From NCBI GenBank assembly GCA_964016885.1, contig OZ024753.1, forward strand, positions 10,478,001 through 10,542,000: a DNA stretch of 64,000 nt, read 5' to 3'. The notes under the pieces are model-generated. The model was not told the origin of the DNA and ran no database searches. It saw only the letters and a list, made by a program, of their open reading frames with translations. Position numbers and translations under genes: made by a program. Positions 1 to 14,738 of the stretch are shown piece by piece. Within the stretch, counting starts at the first letter, position 1, and the number at the start of each line of letters is the position of its first letter. This stretch comes from Eledone cirrhosa (lineage: Eukaryota).

Positions 1-14
1 GGGTCAAACATTTT

Positions 15-66
<52 letters not shown>

Positions 67-67
<1 letters not shown>

Positions 68-248
68 CAAAGAAAGTGTGGTAAGATACCAGGTGGACCA
101 TAACGCACCAGAGTACTCAATACTTAGAGTAGTAGAGTGGGTAATAGGAAAGGAGTCAGGAACCCGACGGTTGAGCTCCGGCCGTTTCGACAGCTAGATC
201 TGAAAGCTGTCCAAACGACCGGAGCTCAGCCGTCGGGGTCCTGACTCT

Positions 249-252
<4 letters not shown>
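67..252. mobile_element. Fold-back cassette, probable PLE terminal-repeat fragment (family A) in (TA)n
   Basis: Hairpin gagtcagga..cgacgg..gagctccgg / ccggagctcagccgtcggggtcctgactc. Related copies at 6203-6361, 15105-15300, 20225-20372 and 46077-46268. Shares the GTACTCAATAC motif with the HHR-bearing cassette at 44838-44965. Confidence 0.6.
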
Positions 253-331
<79 letters not shown>

Positions 332-426
332 ATAGAAAAAAAAAACGAGGAAGTTTCGTTTATATATAAAAAATATTTGTGTATCAACAATATATATATA
401 TATATATATTTTTTTTTTGTCACGTC

Positions 427-515
427 ACCAGTCTGACGAGCAGATCGATACTTGAGTCGGGTCCATCACTCCTATGACCCTTGAGCCAATCTTCTGCGAA
501 ACGCGCGTAACAGGT
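427..515 (+). ncRNA. Type I hammerhead ribozyme motif (PLE-type, long loop II)
   Basis: accagt-CTGACGA(433-439)-gcaga...tctgc-GAAA(498-501)-cgcgcg-TA-acaggt. Palindromic stem III, GUA triplet, stem I with one mismatch. Confidence 0.8.
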
Positions 516-645
516 CGATACACAATAGATATGTTTTATAAGTAAAGGAAACTTCCTCGTTTTTTTTTCTATTATATACACTCTGCCTGTGCATAGAGTG
601 GTTGATTTGGTACCAACACCAGTAATTCACTGTACTATCCATATA

Positions 646-748
<103 letters not shown>

Positions 749-780
749 ACACGGGTGTGTATGATTGTGTATAGAAGATT

Positions 781-1161
781 ATATTAATAAAAGGAATTCC
801 AATTTTGTCTGATTTACTCGTTTTATTTACAATCCTTTAAAATGTATAATGGTATTATAATGAAATAGTATGATAGAATATTAAATGTTAAGTGTTAATT
901 GAACAAGTACTTTCATGCTTTCGCAATCTGCAGGTTCATAATGTGTGGTGACAGTCAAGTTTGCAATTTTCAAAGTTGAAAATTGCAAACTTAACTGTCA
1001 CCACACATTATGAACCTGAAGATTGCGAAAGCATGAAAGTACTTGTTCAATTAACACTTAACATTTAATATTCTACCATACTATTTCATTATAATACCAT
1101 TATACATTTTAAAGGATTGTAAATAAAACGAGTAAATCAGACAAAGTTGGAATTCCATTTA

Positions 1162-1167
<6 letters not shown>
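781..1167. repeat. Near-perfect inverted repeat of about 385 bp containing mirrored HHR motifs
   Basis: Arms are reverse complements around ~973-975 (ttgcaattttcaa-ag-ttgaaaattgcaa) with few mismatches. Confidence 0.9.
1011..1049 (+). ncRNA. Minimal type I hammerhead ribozyme motif
   Basis: tgaac-CTGAAGA-ttgcgaaagcat-GAAA-gtac-TT-gttca. Perfect 5-bp stem I and palindromic GTAC loop III. The mirror copy on - at 900-938 has a mutated core (CTGCAGA). Confidence 0.7.
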
Positions 1168-1218
<51 letters not shown>

Positions 1219-1275
1219 GATCTGTAGCGAAACGCGCGCCCCCAACTAATAAACGTAATGAAGGAGTAACCATAA

Positions 1276-1459
1276 GGTGGATTGGCAGTATCCGTAGAGG
1301 GTCGGACACTATGTTTTCCAGCAAAGTTATGTCCCTTTACGGTCTGAGTTCAAATCCCGCCGAGGTTAACTTTGCTTTTCATCCTTACAGGGTCGATAAA
1401 ATAAAGTACCAGTAATACACTGGAATAATTGCTGGCCTTGTGCCAAAAGTAGAAACAAT

Positions 1460-1460
<1 letters not shown>
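1276..1460 (+). mobile_element. tRNA-derived SINE, family 1
   Basis: A box TGGCAGTATC.GTAG, B box GAGTTCAAATCC, central TTTCATCCTTACGGGGTCGATAAAATAAAGTACCAG (resembles, from memory, the Meta/MESC-type SINE domain), tail TGGCCTTGTGCCAAAAGTAGAAAC. Confidence 0.88.
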
Positions 1461-1508
<48 letters not shown>

Positions 1509-3208
1509 GTACGTTGTACGTGTGTATGTATGTGTATGTGTGTGTATTTATTTATTTTTTCGGGAATTTTTCCTGGAGGTTTTAATTCTTTAGCACGTGA
1601 CTTAACTAAAAAAACGTCAATTAATAGTTAAAGCAATTAATTACGCTTTCCAAGAGTCATTATATATTCCCTTTGCGTAGATTTTACAGTGACAAAACCT
1701 TTGTCGCAGTTTTTGTCCCCTGACACAGTTCCAGTGCAATAGAGTTGCAAAATGTTTAGGGTTTCATCAAACTCAAATGAACTGAACACATTATCAAAGA
1801 TGGCGAATATTAAATAAAAACGATCTATGCATCAACAACAACAACAGTAACATCAACATCAACAACAGCATCAACAACAACAACATCAGCAACAACAACA
1901 ACATCATCATCATCATCATCAACAACAAGGTAGACGAGAACAAGGAAATGACTAGATGCCACAATAAATTTAGTTCGGCGCTCTACTGGTCGTTTATACC
2001 AGTTCCACCACCCGGCCCTATCGCTTCCATTCAAATTAAAAAGGGTAAAGTTGACGGTATTCTCTGGGATTTATAAACAAACAAAGAAAATAGAAATAAA
2101 ACAGAAAGAAATCAAACTAAAAAGAAATAATAAAAAAAGAAAATGGCGCATAGATAGAAGAGATTGGAGCTAATTAGCAGCACTCTCATCAAAGACAAAC
2201 AGAGCAGGATGTGTACACTGATAGATGTGGCATACCAAATCAGATAAGAATAGCATATCGGTGAAAGAAGTAAAAAATACACCCCACCCCCCGCCACTAC
2301 CAGAAAATCTTATCCAAACATAAAAACATGGAAATGATGAACAAAAACGCAAAAAAATAAAATAAAAATGGAATAAAATAAATATACGAAAAATAAAAAT
2401 ATAAATAAAATGAAATAAATATAGGCTAAAAATAAAAATAAAATAAAGTACAATGCTGAAAAAAATGTGGGTTCCCCGCGAAAGTAAAAAAAATGTCCAT
2501 TTTACGATAGGGGCATGTAGTACAGTGGAAGATGTAAATATATTTATATATATATAAATTTTAGTACAGTATTGACGAAGCTTTAGAATATGGCCAAGCT
2601 AGCGTATATGCATAATCGGTCTGTAGCTTGAGCACTCAGATGAGGAAAGACCCCAGAGTAATAACATTACGTTCAGACAGCTTAGCAAATCAGATATAGT
2701 GGTCGGCAGTCCAGCCGGATCACTAGAGCAACGAAAATACAGGACCCAGGAAAAGATTTTATACTGACCCGGACATAGCGGTGAGGCTGAGTGTAAAATA
2801 TATAACTTATATCGTATATCAACAATATACATCACATATAGCACCCAACATCAGCGCTAAGTGTCTGCAAATCCAAGATCGAAAAATTCCTATTGCAGGA
2901 GTCTGCAATATAATGGTTTTTGACGACAGAACATAGGATTTACTTCTTCAGCAAGTCTTTCGTTCTTAGCCTGAGCGGGTATGTTGTAGCTTTAAATGTC
3001 GCCACAGACACGTGGTTTACTCCAAGGGAGGTAACCCCCGCTTAGGCGGTGAATTCTAATTTGAGATAAAGGAATGAATCCCTTTAATATATATATATAT
3101 ATAACGTAATATATATATATAACGTAAAAATTGAATGACTCCCAGGAAGAAGGGAAAAAACTCATCCTATTATTGTCTTGGTGGTTCTTTTGAACTTTCT
3201 CACTACCA

Positions 3209-3975
3209 GGATTGGCAGTATCGGTAGAGGGTCGGACGCCATGCTTTGACGCATAGAGTTACGGCCCTTTCCATTCTGAGTTCAAATCCCGCCGTGGTTA
3301 ACTTTGCCTTTCATCCTTACGGGGTCGATTAAAATAAAGTACCAGTAATGCACTGAGGTAATTGCTGGCCTTGTGCCAAAAGTAGAAACAATTATCACAG
3401 ACATGTACATATTACTGTTGCTATTATTATTCTGTGATTGGCAGAATCGGTAGAGTGTCGGACAACAAGCTTTGTAGCACAGAGTTACGGTCCTTTACAG
3501 TATGAGTTCAAATCCTGCCGAGGTTAACTCTGCCTTTCATCAATCGGGGTTGATAAAATAATGCACCAGTAATGCACTGGGGTCGATTTAATCGACTTTC
3601 CCCTCTCCCAAAATTCTTGGCCTTGGGCCTAAATATGAAATCATTATTATCCCGTGATCAACTTTGCCTTTCATCCTTACGGGGTCGATTAAAATAAAGT
3701 ACCAGTAATACACTGAGGTAATTGCTGGCCTTGTGCCAAAAGTAGACACAATTATAAGAATATAAGGACTGAAACAACATTTCATTGACCCCAGGAAGGG
3801 GGAACAGAGAAAGTTAGCTTAAGGGATGCATTAGCAGAGTTATTAATGTAGGGCAATCCATCTTGTGGTGTTTGCACCCAGAATTAACTTTGAGGTGGGT
3901 AAAATGAAAGTACCAGTTAAGTACTGTGTAGATGTAACATACTTTCACCTTCTACCAAATTGTTGGCCTTGTGTA
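3209..3975 (+). mobile_element. Cluster of about 4 SINE family 1 copies (full, long variant, partial, decayed)
   Basis: Repeated B box and central-domain motifs. Confidence 0.85.
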
Positions 3976-4733
3976 CTCGATCTAGTCTACTCGATCTAAT
4001 TTGGCCTTGAGTAAAAAAAAAAAAAAGAAATAGGTACAATGATCGTGTTTGGAACGCTTTCGATTAGGGCAGACCTGTTTAATCAGGGCAGATCTGTTTG
4101 ATCAGGGCTGACCTGCTTGACCACACATCTGTTTGAGCAGGACTGATCTGAGTGGTGAGGGCTGGCCTGTTTGATCAAAGATCTGTTTGATGAAGGCTGC
4201 CTTCTTTGATCAAAGATCTGCTTGATCAGGGAAGATCTGTTTGATCAAAGAGCTGCTTGATCACGGCAGATCTGTTTGATCAAAGCAGATCTGTTGAATC
4301 AGGGCTGATCTGGAGGCTAAACAGCAACAAACAGGAAACACAACTTCCACATGAACCATATGCTCAGCTTGAAGAAGCTTGACAATTTTCATGGACGCCA
4401 TATTGTCATATCTTGATTTACACCTGAATACACGATGATGATTTATTGGAAATAAAAAATGAACAATCTATATATGAGGCAGATGGAAGTACAAGTGATG
4501 AAGCTTAGTAATTGTAATCCTAAATATGAAATATTTACTTCATTAAAAGCTTTTAATTCTTATTTCTTTCGTTGGAGCATAACTTTGTACTGAATGACAC
4601 TGGAAACTCCTACACACACACATGCACATACACACACATTCACATACACATAAAGATATGCAGAGAGAGACGCACAAACACACGTACACACACATACACA
4701 TACATATACTTTTGTAGACGTTTGTTAATATAT

Positions 4734-4764
<31 letters not shown>

Positions 4765-5133
4765 CCCATATATATAGGAGTGTTTAACATTATAATTATA
4801 AGATAACGCAATATTTCCAACCCACGCAACATTGTGTCAGGAAGGACATCAGGTTTAAATCTTTGTTAAATAGGATGTTTTTAAAATCTCATCTGTTCTG
4901 CCTCAGATATTTGCACCTTGAGTTTTTAGTTGAGGTTAAATTCAGAAATATTACGTCGAGCATGTTTTATTTGTCTGAGGGAAGATTACCAACATTTCCT
5001 GAAACTCACATTCTCTCTAGTAGGACATTATTCCTACATATTTTCTGAAGGTTCCTATTTATAATTCCACGGAAGATTCTTGAATTCTTGTGATATTAGC
5101 TTCCCTGCGTGTGTTGTATAGTTATTATTATTA

Positions 5134-5317
5134 GGTGAATTGGCAGTATCGGTAGAGGGTCGGACGCCATGCTTTCTAGCATAGTTACGTCCCTTTACGA
5201 TCTGAGTTCAAATCCCGCCGAGGTTGACTTTGCTTTCATCCTTACGGGGTCGATAAAATAGAGTACCAGTAATGTACTGGGTAATTGCTGGCCTTGTGCC
5301 TAAAGTAGAAACAATTA
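5134..5317 (+). mobile_element. SINE family 1
   Basis: Full copy with A and B boxes. Confidence 0.88.
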
Positions 5318-6156
5318 TTATTGTTGTTGTTGTTGTTATTGTCATTAATTTCTAGCCTCGTCATGTTCCATCATTTCCCGTCATATTCAACAACAATAAC
5401 AACAACAGCAATAACAATAACAACAAGAGCAATAACAATAACAACAACAGCAATAACAGTAACAACAACAGCAATAACAACAGCAATAGCAACAACAGCA
5501 ATAACAACAGCAATAGCAACAACAGCAATAACAAAAACAACAACAGCAATAACAACAGCAGCAATAACAACAGCAATAACAACAACAATAACAATAACAA
5601 GTGTTAGCTGTTGAGTTAGATGTTGGTACTAATAGTGATGGTAGTAAAGGTGGGGCTGCAGGTAGTGTAGTCCCAGATGGTATGACTGGTACTTTTGACG
5701 CTACTGGAAGAGTAAATCCCGGGTGGTATGACTAGTGGTGGCATGGAACGAGTAGTCCCAGATGGTATGACTGGTACAACCTGTGGTGCTACTGGATTGG
5801 TTACCCCTGGTAATATGACTGGTGGTGGTATGTCTGGTACTTGTGGTGCTACTGAAATGGTACCTCTGGTGGTATGACTGGTGATGGTATGGGACGAGTA
5901 ATCCCACGTGTATGACTGGTACAACTTGTGGCGCTACTAGGCTTGAAAATGGGTTTTAAATGCTTCTAATTTGTTTGTTTTTTCGGTTACTTCTATTGTC
6001 CGTACATACATATATAACTTTAACACTCTCTCTCTCTCGTCTCTGTCCCTCTCTCTCTCTCCCTCTCTCGTCTCTCTTCCTCTCTCTCGTCTCTCTTCCT
6101 CTCTCTCTCTCTCTCTCTCTCTCCATCTCTCCCCCCCTCTCTACACACACACACAC

Positions 6157-6206
<50 letters not shown>

Positions 6207-6362
6207 AGTAAGTAAGACCCCGACGGCTGAGCTCAAGCCGTCGAAACGGCTTGAGTTCAGCCGTCGGGGTCTTACTTACTCCTATTACCCACTCTACTAC
6301 CCTAAGTATTGAGTACTTTGGTGCGTTATGGTCCACCTGGTTCTTTACCACTTTTCCCTCGC

Positions 6363-6393
<31 letters not shown>

Positions 6394-6532
6394 TAGCGAG
6401 AATCGCATTTCGGCCATTGGAAATTAGCGAAAACCAATATATATGTATATATATATGTATATATATATATATGTATATACGTATATACTTCGTTTTTTAA
6501 TTTATTGGGAGCATGACCCTCCCAAAGTATAA

Positions 6533-6576
<44 letters not shown>

Positions 6577-6881
6577 TTTCATCATCATCATCATCATCAT
6601 CATCATTTCATTTTACGTCCGCTTTCCCTGCTTCCAAGGGTGGGACGGGAACTGATTCTGGCTTGATTTCTACAGCTGGATGCCCTTCCTAACACCAACC
6701 TCATTTACAGTGAGTGCTGGGTGCTTTTTTTGCCGTGGCACCTCCACAACCACTTTACAGTGGAATGATAGGGTCCGCAGTACCTATCATCTCATTTCTA
6801 CAGCTGAGTAAACTGGAGCAATGTGAAATAAAGTTTCTTGCTCAAGGAAACAACACATCACCCGGTCTGAGAATTGAACTC

Positions 6882-6929
<48 letters not shown>

Positions 6930-7053
6930 AAAGAACACAAGAGCGTCTACAACATCAAAAGATTTGTATTGGCTTACAATGTTTCTTCCTTACGTAACAT
7001 ATATATAACACCTTTCGTAACTGTACTCCTTGTTGTTGTTATTTACTTTTCCA

Positions 7054-7107
<54 letters not shown>

Positions 7108-8110
7108 CTAGGAATTGATCAACATATATATAAATAAATATAAACATGAAAAATCACAGGAGATAATTTTTACAAGCGTGTAACCACGCATGGCTAGTAG
7201 GTAACAAATAAATAAAGTTAACTAGAACTTCAAAAATTTATACCTTTTAATGATTAATCTTCCCTGTATATATTTCATTAAAGAAATATATTTCACCAAT
7301 TAATCAGATGGTAAGTCACGGAAAGTGGATATTATTGGATTGTCAACAAGGAAGAACAATATCAAGCGATCCGTGTTTACACTTCGAGTCAAAATCTTAA
7401 ACTGGCCGCTACCACGTGTTGTTTTTACACATCACAGCGGCTTCGTTTCAGTGGCGTGAATAGGTATTCGACAACTAGAAATAGCAGTCAATTCCCTTCA
7501 ACAGAGTTAGCTCTACAATTAAGGAGCAGTATTATATATCTATATCCAAAATTAAGATAGATTAAAAGAATTCAATCAGAATCGAAATTATGGGTCTCAT
7601 TCCTTAACGGAATGCGCCATATCGCCCGGAAAATAAGCTCTAGGACTTTGTAAGTACGAGCATTTTAATAACTAGGAATTGATCAACATATATATAAATA
7701 AATATAAACATGAAAAATCACAGGAGATAACTTTTACAAGCGTGTAACCATATATATATATATATATATATATATGACAAGTAAGTATGTTTTGAAACAG
7801 TGAGCAGGTTTGAAATTAGAAAATAGAATAGCTTTCACCGTATTTTTTTTACTAAAGATTTTAGTCTGATAATTATTAGACTAAAATCTTTAGTAAAAAA
7901 AAAAATATTTATATACACACGCACACATACATAAAAACACACATACACACACTCACACATACATAAACACACGCACACACTCACACGTATATTTATATAC
8001 ATATATTATAAGGATTTTCTACTTTAAACAAACCATGTAGTCACTCGACCTTCAACATGTAGCAGTCAATTTCTCAAATATCACCCTTGGGAAAGAGGAC
8101 ATATTTTATA

Positions 8111-8832
8111 TTTGTTTCTACATTTGGCACAAGGCCAGTAATTACCCCAGTGTATTACTGGTACCTTATTTTATCGACCCCGTAAGGATGAAAGGTAAAG
8201 TTAACCTCGGCGCGATTTGAACTCAGAATGGCAAGGGCCGTAACTCTATGCTACTAAGCATGGCGTCCGAGGTTTCTACTTTTGCTACTTTTGGCACAAG
8301 GCCAGTAATTACTCAGTGCATTACTGGTACTTTATTTTATCGACCCCGTAAGGATGAAAGGCAAAGTTAACCTCGGCGGGATTTTAACTCAGAATGGCAA
8401 GGGCCGTATCTCTATGCTACTAAGCATGGCGTCCGAGGTTTCTACTTTTGCTACTTTTGGCACAAGGCCAGTAATTACTCAGTGCATTACTGGTACTTTA
8501 TTTTATCGACCCCGTAAGGATGAAAGGCAAAGTTAACCTCGGCGGGATTTTAACTCAGAATGGCAAGGGCCGTAACTCTATGCGTCAGAGCATGGCGTCT
8601 GACCCTCTACCGATACTGCCAATCCACCGCCCTTGACATATTTGATAATTGTTTCTACTTTAGGCACAAGGCCAGCAATTTCCCAGTGCATTACTGGTAC
8701 TTTATTTGATCGACCCCGTAAGGATGAAAGGCAAAGTCAACCTCGGTGGGATTTGAACTCAGACCGTAAAGGGACGTAACTATGCTGGAAAGCATGGCGT
8801 CCGACCCTCTACCGATACTGCCAATCCACCGC
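8111..8832 (-). mobile_element. Head-to-tail array of 4 SINE family 1 copies
   Basis: Units of about 168 bp repeat, the junction gaggtttctacttttgctacttttgg occurs twice, and a separate full copy lies at 8648-8832. Confidence 0.88.
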
Positions 8833-9351
8833 TTATTTGATAATGGAATCTTATAATACATACTCCCATAAGGTCGGTATGGTCACGACTGAGTTACCTT
8901 TGATTCTAAGGCTTGCTTGATAAAGATTGACCTTTGTTTAAATCACAACAACAACAACAGTATTAGTAGTAGTAGTAGTAGTTGTAGTAGTAGTAGAAAA
9001 CGATTTTGATTTTTTGTTGTTGTTTTTTTTCACTGGTCATCACAGCAAAGAGTTAATGATGGGATCCAGGTGGTTCCTGAATTGATGCGATGTTTAATTT
9101 GAAGAAGATGTATCATATTATAATCAGCTGCATTCGAAGTCCTAATGGATATAAAGTTTAACACAACTGTTCATCTGTTCCCTAGAGTCATTAACAGACG
9201 AGATATAAAAGCAGGGATAACGAGATATTCGAGATTAAGGCAGCCATTTTTATGTAATCAGTGAATCAGACGATAGACAGTTTCATTTCAAATATTTCGA
9301 CGTCGCTCAAATTTTGACATGTAACGAACGGTCATTTTTCATTTTCCATTT

Positions 9352-9998
9352 GTGTACACCCCCCCCCCCACACACACACATACACACACAGACACATACA
9401 CACATACACACATACACACACACACGCACAATCACACACACATGTACACACAAGCACACGTAGATGCACACACACGCACACACACACACATACACGCACA
9501 CACGCACATATACATACACACACGTACACACACACAAGAACACACACTAACACACGTACATGCACACACGCACGCATACACATACACACACGCACAATCA
9601 CACACACATATACATACACAAACGTACACACACACAAGCTCACACATACACTTACACACTTACACACGTACATGCACACACATACATGCACACACACACG
9701 CACAATCACACACGCATATACATACACACACGTACACTTGTACCCCCACACACACATATATACACATACGTACACACACACAAACAAACAGACATACATA
9801 CACACACACACACACGTACATGCATACACACACACATACATATCCATACACACTCGCACACACATACATACACAAACACAGATACACACGCATACAAACA
9901 CACATACACTCATACATACACACTTATTTACACACAGTCGTGCACGCAGACTAGAATCCTTTATAGAAGAGGGGATGAAATAGATATAAAAAGAAGGG

Positions 9999-10063
<65 letters not shown>

Positions 10064-10326
10064 ATGTATGTATATATCTATGTGTGTGTATATATAAGTA
10101 TGTGTGTATATATATATATGTATGTGTCTATATTTTTGTATGTATGTGTTTGTATATATGTATGTGTGTGTATATATATATGTATGTATATGTGTATATA
10201 TATATATATATGTATGTATGTGTGTATATATGTATGTGTGTATATATATGTATGTATGTGTATGTGTATATATGTATGTATGTATATATATGTATGTGTG
10301 TGTATATATATATATATATGTATGTG

Positions 10327-10359
<33 letters not shown>

Positions 10360-10773
10360 CTGTATGTATATATGTATGTGTGTATATATGTATATGTGTA
10401 TATACGTGTATATGTGTATATATGTATGTATGTGTTTTATACATATATATTTATGTGTGCGTGTATATATATATATATATTTATATGTGTATGTATATAT
10501 ATATTTATATGTGTGTATATATATATTTATATGTATGTGTATATACATATATATACACATACATATAAATATATATATACACACATATAAATATATATAT
10601 ATATTTGTATATATATATATATAATTGTATATATATATATGTACTTATATATATATTTGTATATATATATTTGTATATATATGTACATATATATATTTGT
10701 ATATATATATTTGCATATATATGTACATATATATATGTACATATATATATATACATATATATATATATGTACA

Positions 10774-10804
<31 letters not shown>

Positions 10805-10834
10805 GTATATTTATATGTACATATATATATATAC

Positions 10835-10875
<41 letters not shown>

Positions 10876-11003
10876 CATATATATATATGTACATATATAT
10901 ATATAGATATATATATGTATATATACATATATATATATATGTACATATATATATATATATGTACATATATATATATTTGTATATATATATATATATATAT
11001 ATT
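9352..11003. repeat. Compound (CA)/(TA)/(TG) microsatellite block (similar blocks at 15300-16090, 22950-24250, 55505-56280, 59405-61135)
   Basis: Direct inspection. These blocks explain most ORFs in the track. Confidence 0.95.
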
Positions 11004-11941
11004 AAGGGAGAGGGAATTAAAAGCAAAATAATTACTTAAGCGACAAATAATTGTTTTAAAATGGTGAGAACGAGGAAATATATGTTAGGTCTCTATAAGT
11101 TACTTCTTACTGAATAGACATTGTCGTTATGAGTGGACAACTTCACTCACACTCCACTCCACCCTCACTCACACTCTAATCCTCTCACAATCCGCTCTAT
11201 CCCCCACTCCACTCGGGCTATCACTTCCCTCCTAGTCCCACTTCACTCGTCTCTTAAGTTCCTTCTTACTGAATAGTCATTGCAATTAGGAGTGAATAGA
11301 CCTGCTCACACTTCACTCCACTCCTACTCCCACCCCCCACTCCATCGACCCCCACTCCACTCCATTCAACCCCCATCCATTCCACTCCCACCTCCACTTC
11401 CCTCCACTCCCACCTTCACTCCACCTCCTCTGCACCACCACCCACACTATATTCCCACTTGCACTCCATCACCAGCCACTCCACTCCCACAGCACTCCAC
11501 CCACAGCACTCCACCCCACCCACCTCCACTCCACTCCCACGTCCACCCCACTTCCCACTCCCACCTCCACTCCACATCCATTGCACCACCACCCACACTC
11601 TTCTCCCACTTGCACTCCAACACCACTCCACCCCGCCCCACTCGACCCCCACCCGTTCCACTCCACTCGACTCCCACCTCCACTCCACTCCCACCCCGTC
11701 ATCATATCGGCCTTCGTAAAATACTCATAAATCAATCATCATACAGAAGACAACAACACCAACAACAACAACAACTGTGACAGAGGCAACTCAATAATTA
11801 CTGCATCATCATCATCAGCAGTAGCGACCAATCAGAAAGAAGACTGCCATTCGGTGCAATATCTCAGCCTCAACAGGAAGTTTAAAAGATTTATATTATT
11901 ACTGATGCCGAAAATGATCAAGCCCCCCCCCCCCCCCCACA

Positions 11942-12099
<158 letters not shown>

Positions 12100-12158
12100 C
12101 ATATATATATATATATATAGATATATAATAGAAAAATAGAAAATAGATAAAAATGAGA

Positions 12159-12190
<32 letters not shown>

Positions 12191-12273
12191 GGTTTTCAAT
12201 TTATATATATATATATATATGTAAACATATTTATTTTTTATTTGTATATATGTTTATAAATATATATATATAT

Positions 12274-12336
<63 letters not shown>

Positions 12337-12460
12337 AGAGAGAGAGAGAGAGATGTATAGATATATACATATATCTATTTTATATTTATTTATACATTTA
12401 TAAATATATATATATGTATAGATGTATATGTATATATATGTAAATATATGTATATATATG

Positions 12461-12538
<78 letters not shown>

Positions 12539-12962
12539 TAGCCATTTATCACTGACGGGAAGTTTGAAGAAGAATCTGTCAACTGTCTAACAGTGGGTTT
12601 TTACTTTAAGACTTGTCTTATTAAAATTAATATTATGTAAGATAGCTGCCAAGCAAAATTTCTGCTTGATTGACGTTTTACATTATTGTTGCGTAAACAT
12701 GACACCAGATGGCGCTACATTCTACACAAATAACGTACATTTTGATTCTGTCTTCAGCTTTAGTGCAAAGATGTCATTTATTTATTTATTTACTTATTTC
12801 ATATATATATATATATATACTTAGGTTAATAGGAGTTAGGTATTGTATACCCGTGTCCCATTAAGGTATTGGCAGCATAATAATTAGCTCTATGCTTTGG
12901 AGCAGAGCCGTATATATGATAAAGAACACAAGAGCGTCTACAACATCAAAAGAATTTTATTG

Positions 12963-13008
12963 GCTTACAATGTTTCTTCCTTACGTAACCGTAGGATTCG
13001 TCAGAGCT
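12963..13008 (-). ncRNA. Type I hammerhead ribozyme motif
   Basis: Reverse complement: agct-CTGACGA-atcctacggttacgtaaggaa-GAAA-cattg-TA-agc. A copy of the same element at 6925-7000 is truncated within stem II. Confidence 0.7.
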
Positions 13009-13594
13009 ATAAAAGGGGTTTGATTGGTGTTATGGACTCTACCAACCAAACATTCAAGAACAAAGAGTAAAGAGAGTAAAGAGCAAAAGTAGGGGACGAT
13101 AAGTCTAATTTTGGTGCGGGAGAGTGGGGTGTGGGTCCTTGTTTACTAGCTGCGGTCATATTCATTCCCGAGAGTCGAGTGGTTAGTTGAGCCATAGATG
13201 GGGTGGCGTCGATAGTAGGGTGCAGAGGGTGTGCAGAGGCTATACAAACACAAAGGGCATACAATATATATATATATATATAACGGAGGAGAAAGTACAT
13301 GAGGTAATTAGAAATGGAAAAAGATATATATATATATGCCAACTTTTCAGAAGGCATGATGGAAGAAATTTTGCTCAAACATTCGTTTTTGATTTTAATT
13401 TTAATTTTAAACACTTTTTTTACTCCCTTTTTAATTAATTTTTTTCACTGAATTTGTCAAGATGGATTTTAATACATCGAAACCGGTAATTTTTCCATAC
13501 ACTTTATATACTCCATGAAAAAATTTTCAAAAACGAATTGTCCCTCTTTTTTTAATAACACTATCTTTTTAATAACACTATCTTTTTAATAATT

Positions 13595-13917
13595 ATTTAT
13601 ACTTTTGGCGCAAGGTCAGCAATTATCCTAGTGTATTACTGGTACTTTATTTTATCGACCCCGTCAGGATGAAAGGCAAAGTTAACCTCGGCGGGATTTG
13701 AACTCAGACCATAAAGGGCCTATCTTTTTAATAATTGTTTCTACTTTTGGCACAAGGCCATCAATTACCCAGTGCATTACTGGTACTTTATTTTATCGAC
13801 CCCGTAAGGATGAAAGGCAAAGTTAACCTCGGTGGGATTTGAACTCAGACCGCAAAGGGACGTAACTATGCTGGAAAGCATGGCGTCCGACCCTCTACCG
13901 ATACTGCCAAGCCACCA
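13595..13917 (-). mobile_element. Two SINE family 1 copies
   Basis: One partial and one full copy. Confidence 0.85.
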
Positions 13918-13990
13918 CAATGTCACTTTGACGAATCTGAAAAGAACAACAGACTCTTAAACATATCTCCCGTGCTATTTCCAACTTCAT

Positions 13991-14165
<175 letters not shown>

Positions 14166-14166
14166 G

Positions 14167-14199
<33 letters not shown>

Positions 14200-14310
14200 G
14201 TGTATATATGTATATATATATGTATGTTATATATATATATGTATGTTATATATATATATATATATATACGATATTAAATAAATGGAAACTATATTTATAA
14301 AACCATATTT

Positions 14311-14373
14311 ATTTCATTATACATATTTCAGGGATACCAAATTAAAATATGGTATGCCTTCATCAGACAAAAT
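14311..14373 (-). ncRNA. Type I hammerhead ribozyme motif
   Basis: Reverse complement: attttgt-CTGATGA-aggcatacca...tggtatccct-GAAA-tatgta-TA-atgaaat. Confidence 0.75.
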
Positions 14374-14455
14374 ACAATATATAAACAGTTTTATAAATAA
14401 TTTTGACGTACCCTATTAGATGCAACCATTATTTTTGGAAGCTGTCTGGATAGTC

Positions 14456-14498
<43 letters not shown>

Positions 14499-14693
14499 AA
14501 TGATAAAGTCCTTTATTAATAAGTCCATTATACATATTTCGAGGACGACATTGTTTACGCAGTTGAAGGTAGAAGCCATTACCATGCTGTCTTTAGATAG
14601 CTTCTTACATAATAAAGTTACAATCAAGGAAGTAATCCAAAATTGAAGTGACAAGGGAACGGACAAACAGCGATGTTCATTAATCGAATGCCC

Positions 14694-14736
<43 letters not shown>

Positions 14737-14738
<2 letters not shown>

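Noticed and set aside
2599-3070. Possible HHR (CTGAAGA on - near 2945-2951)
   Set aside because: No intact GAAA or palindromic stem III and no consistent stem I.
5010-5105. Minus-strand exon-like segment (CAG...GTGAGT)
   Set aside because: Stops in all three frames and no supporting context.
5321-5935. Thr-rich or Pro-rich mucin-like ORFs
   Set aside because: (AAC/AAT/AGC)n trinucleotide tract followed by a degenerate GGTGGTATGACT repeat. No splice context.
11150-11780. Pro/His-rich ORF
   Set aside because: Translation of (CCACT)n low-complexity DNA.
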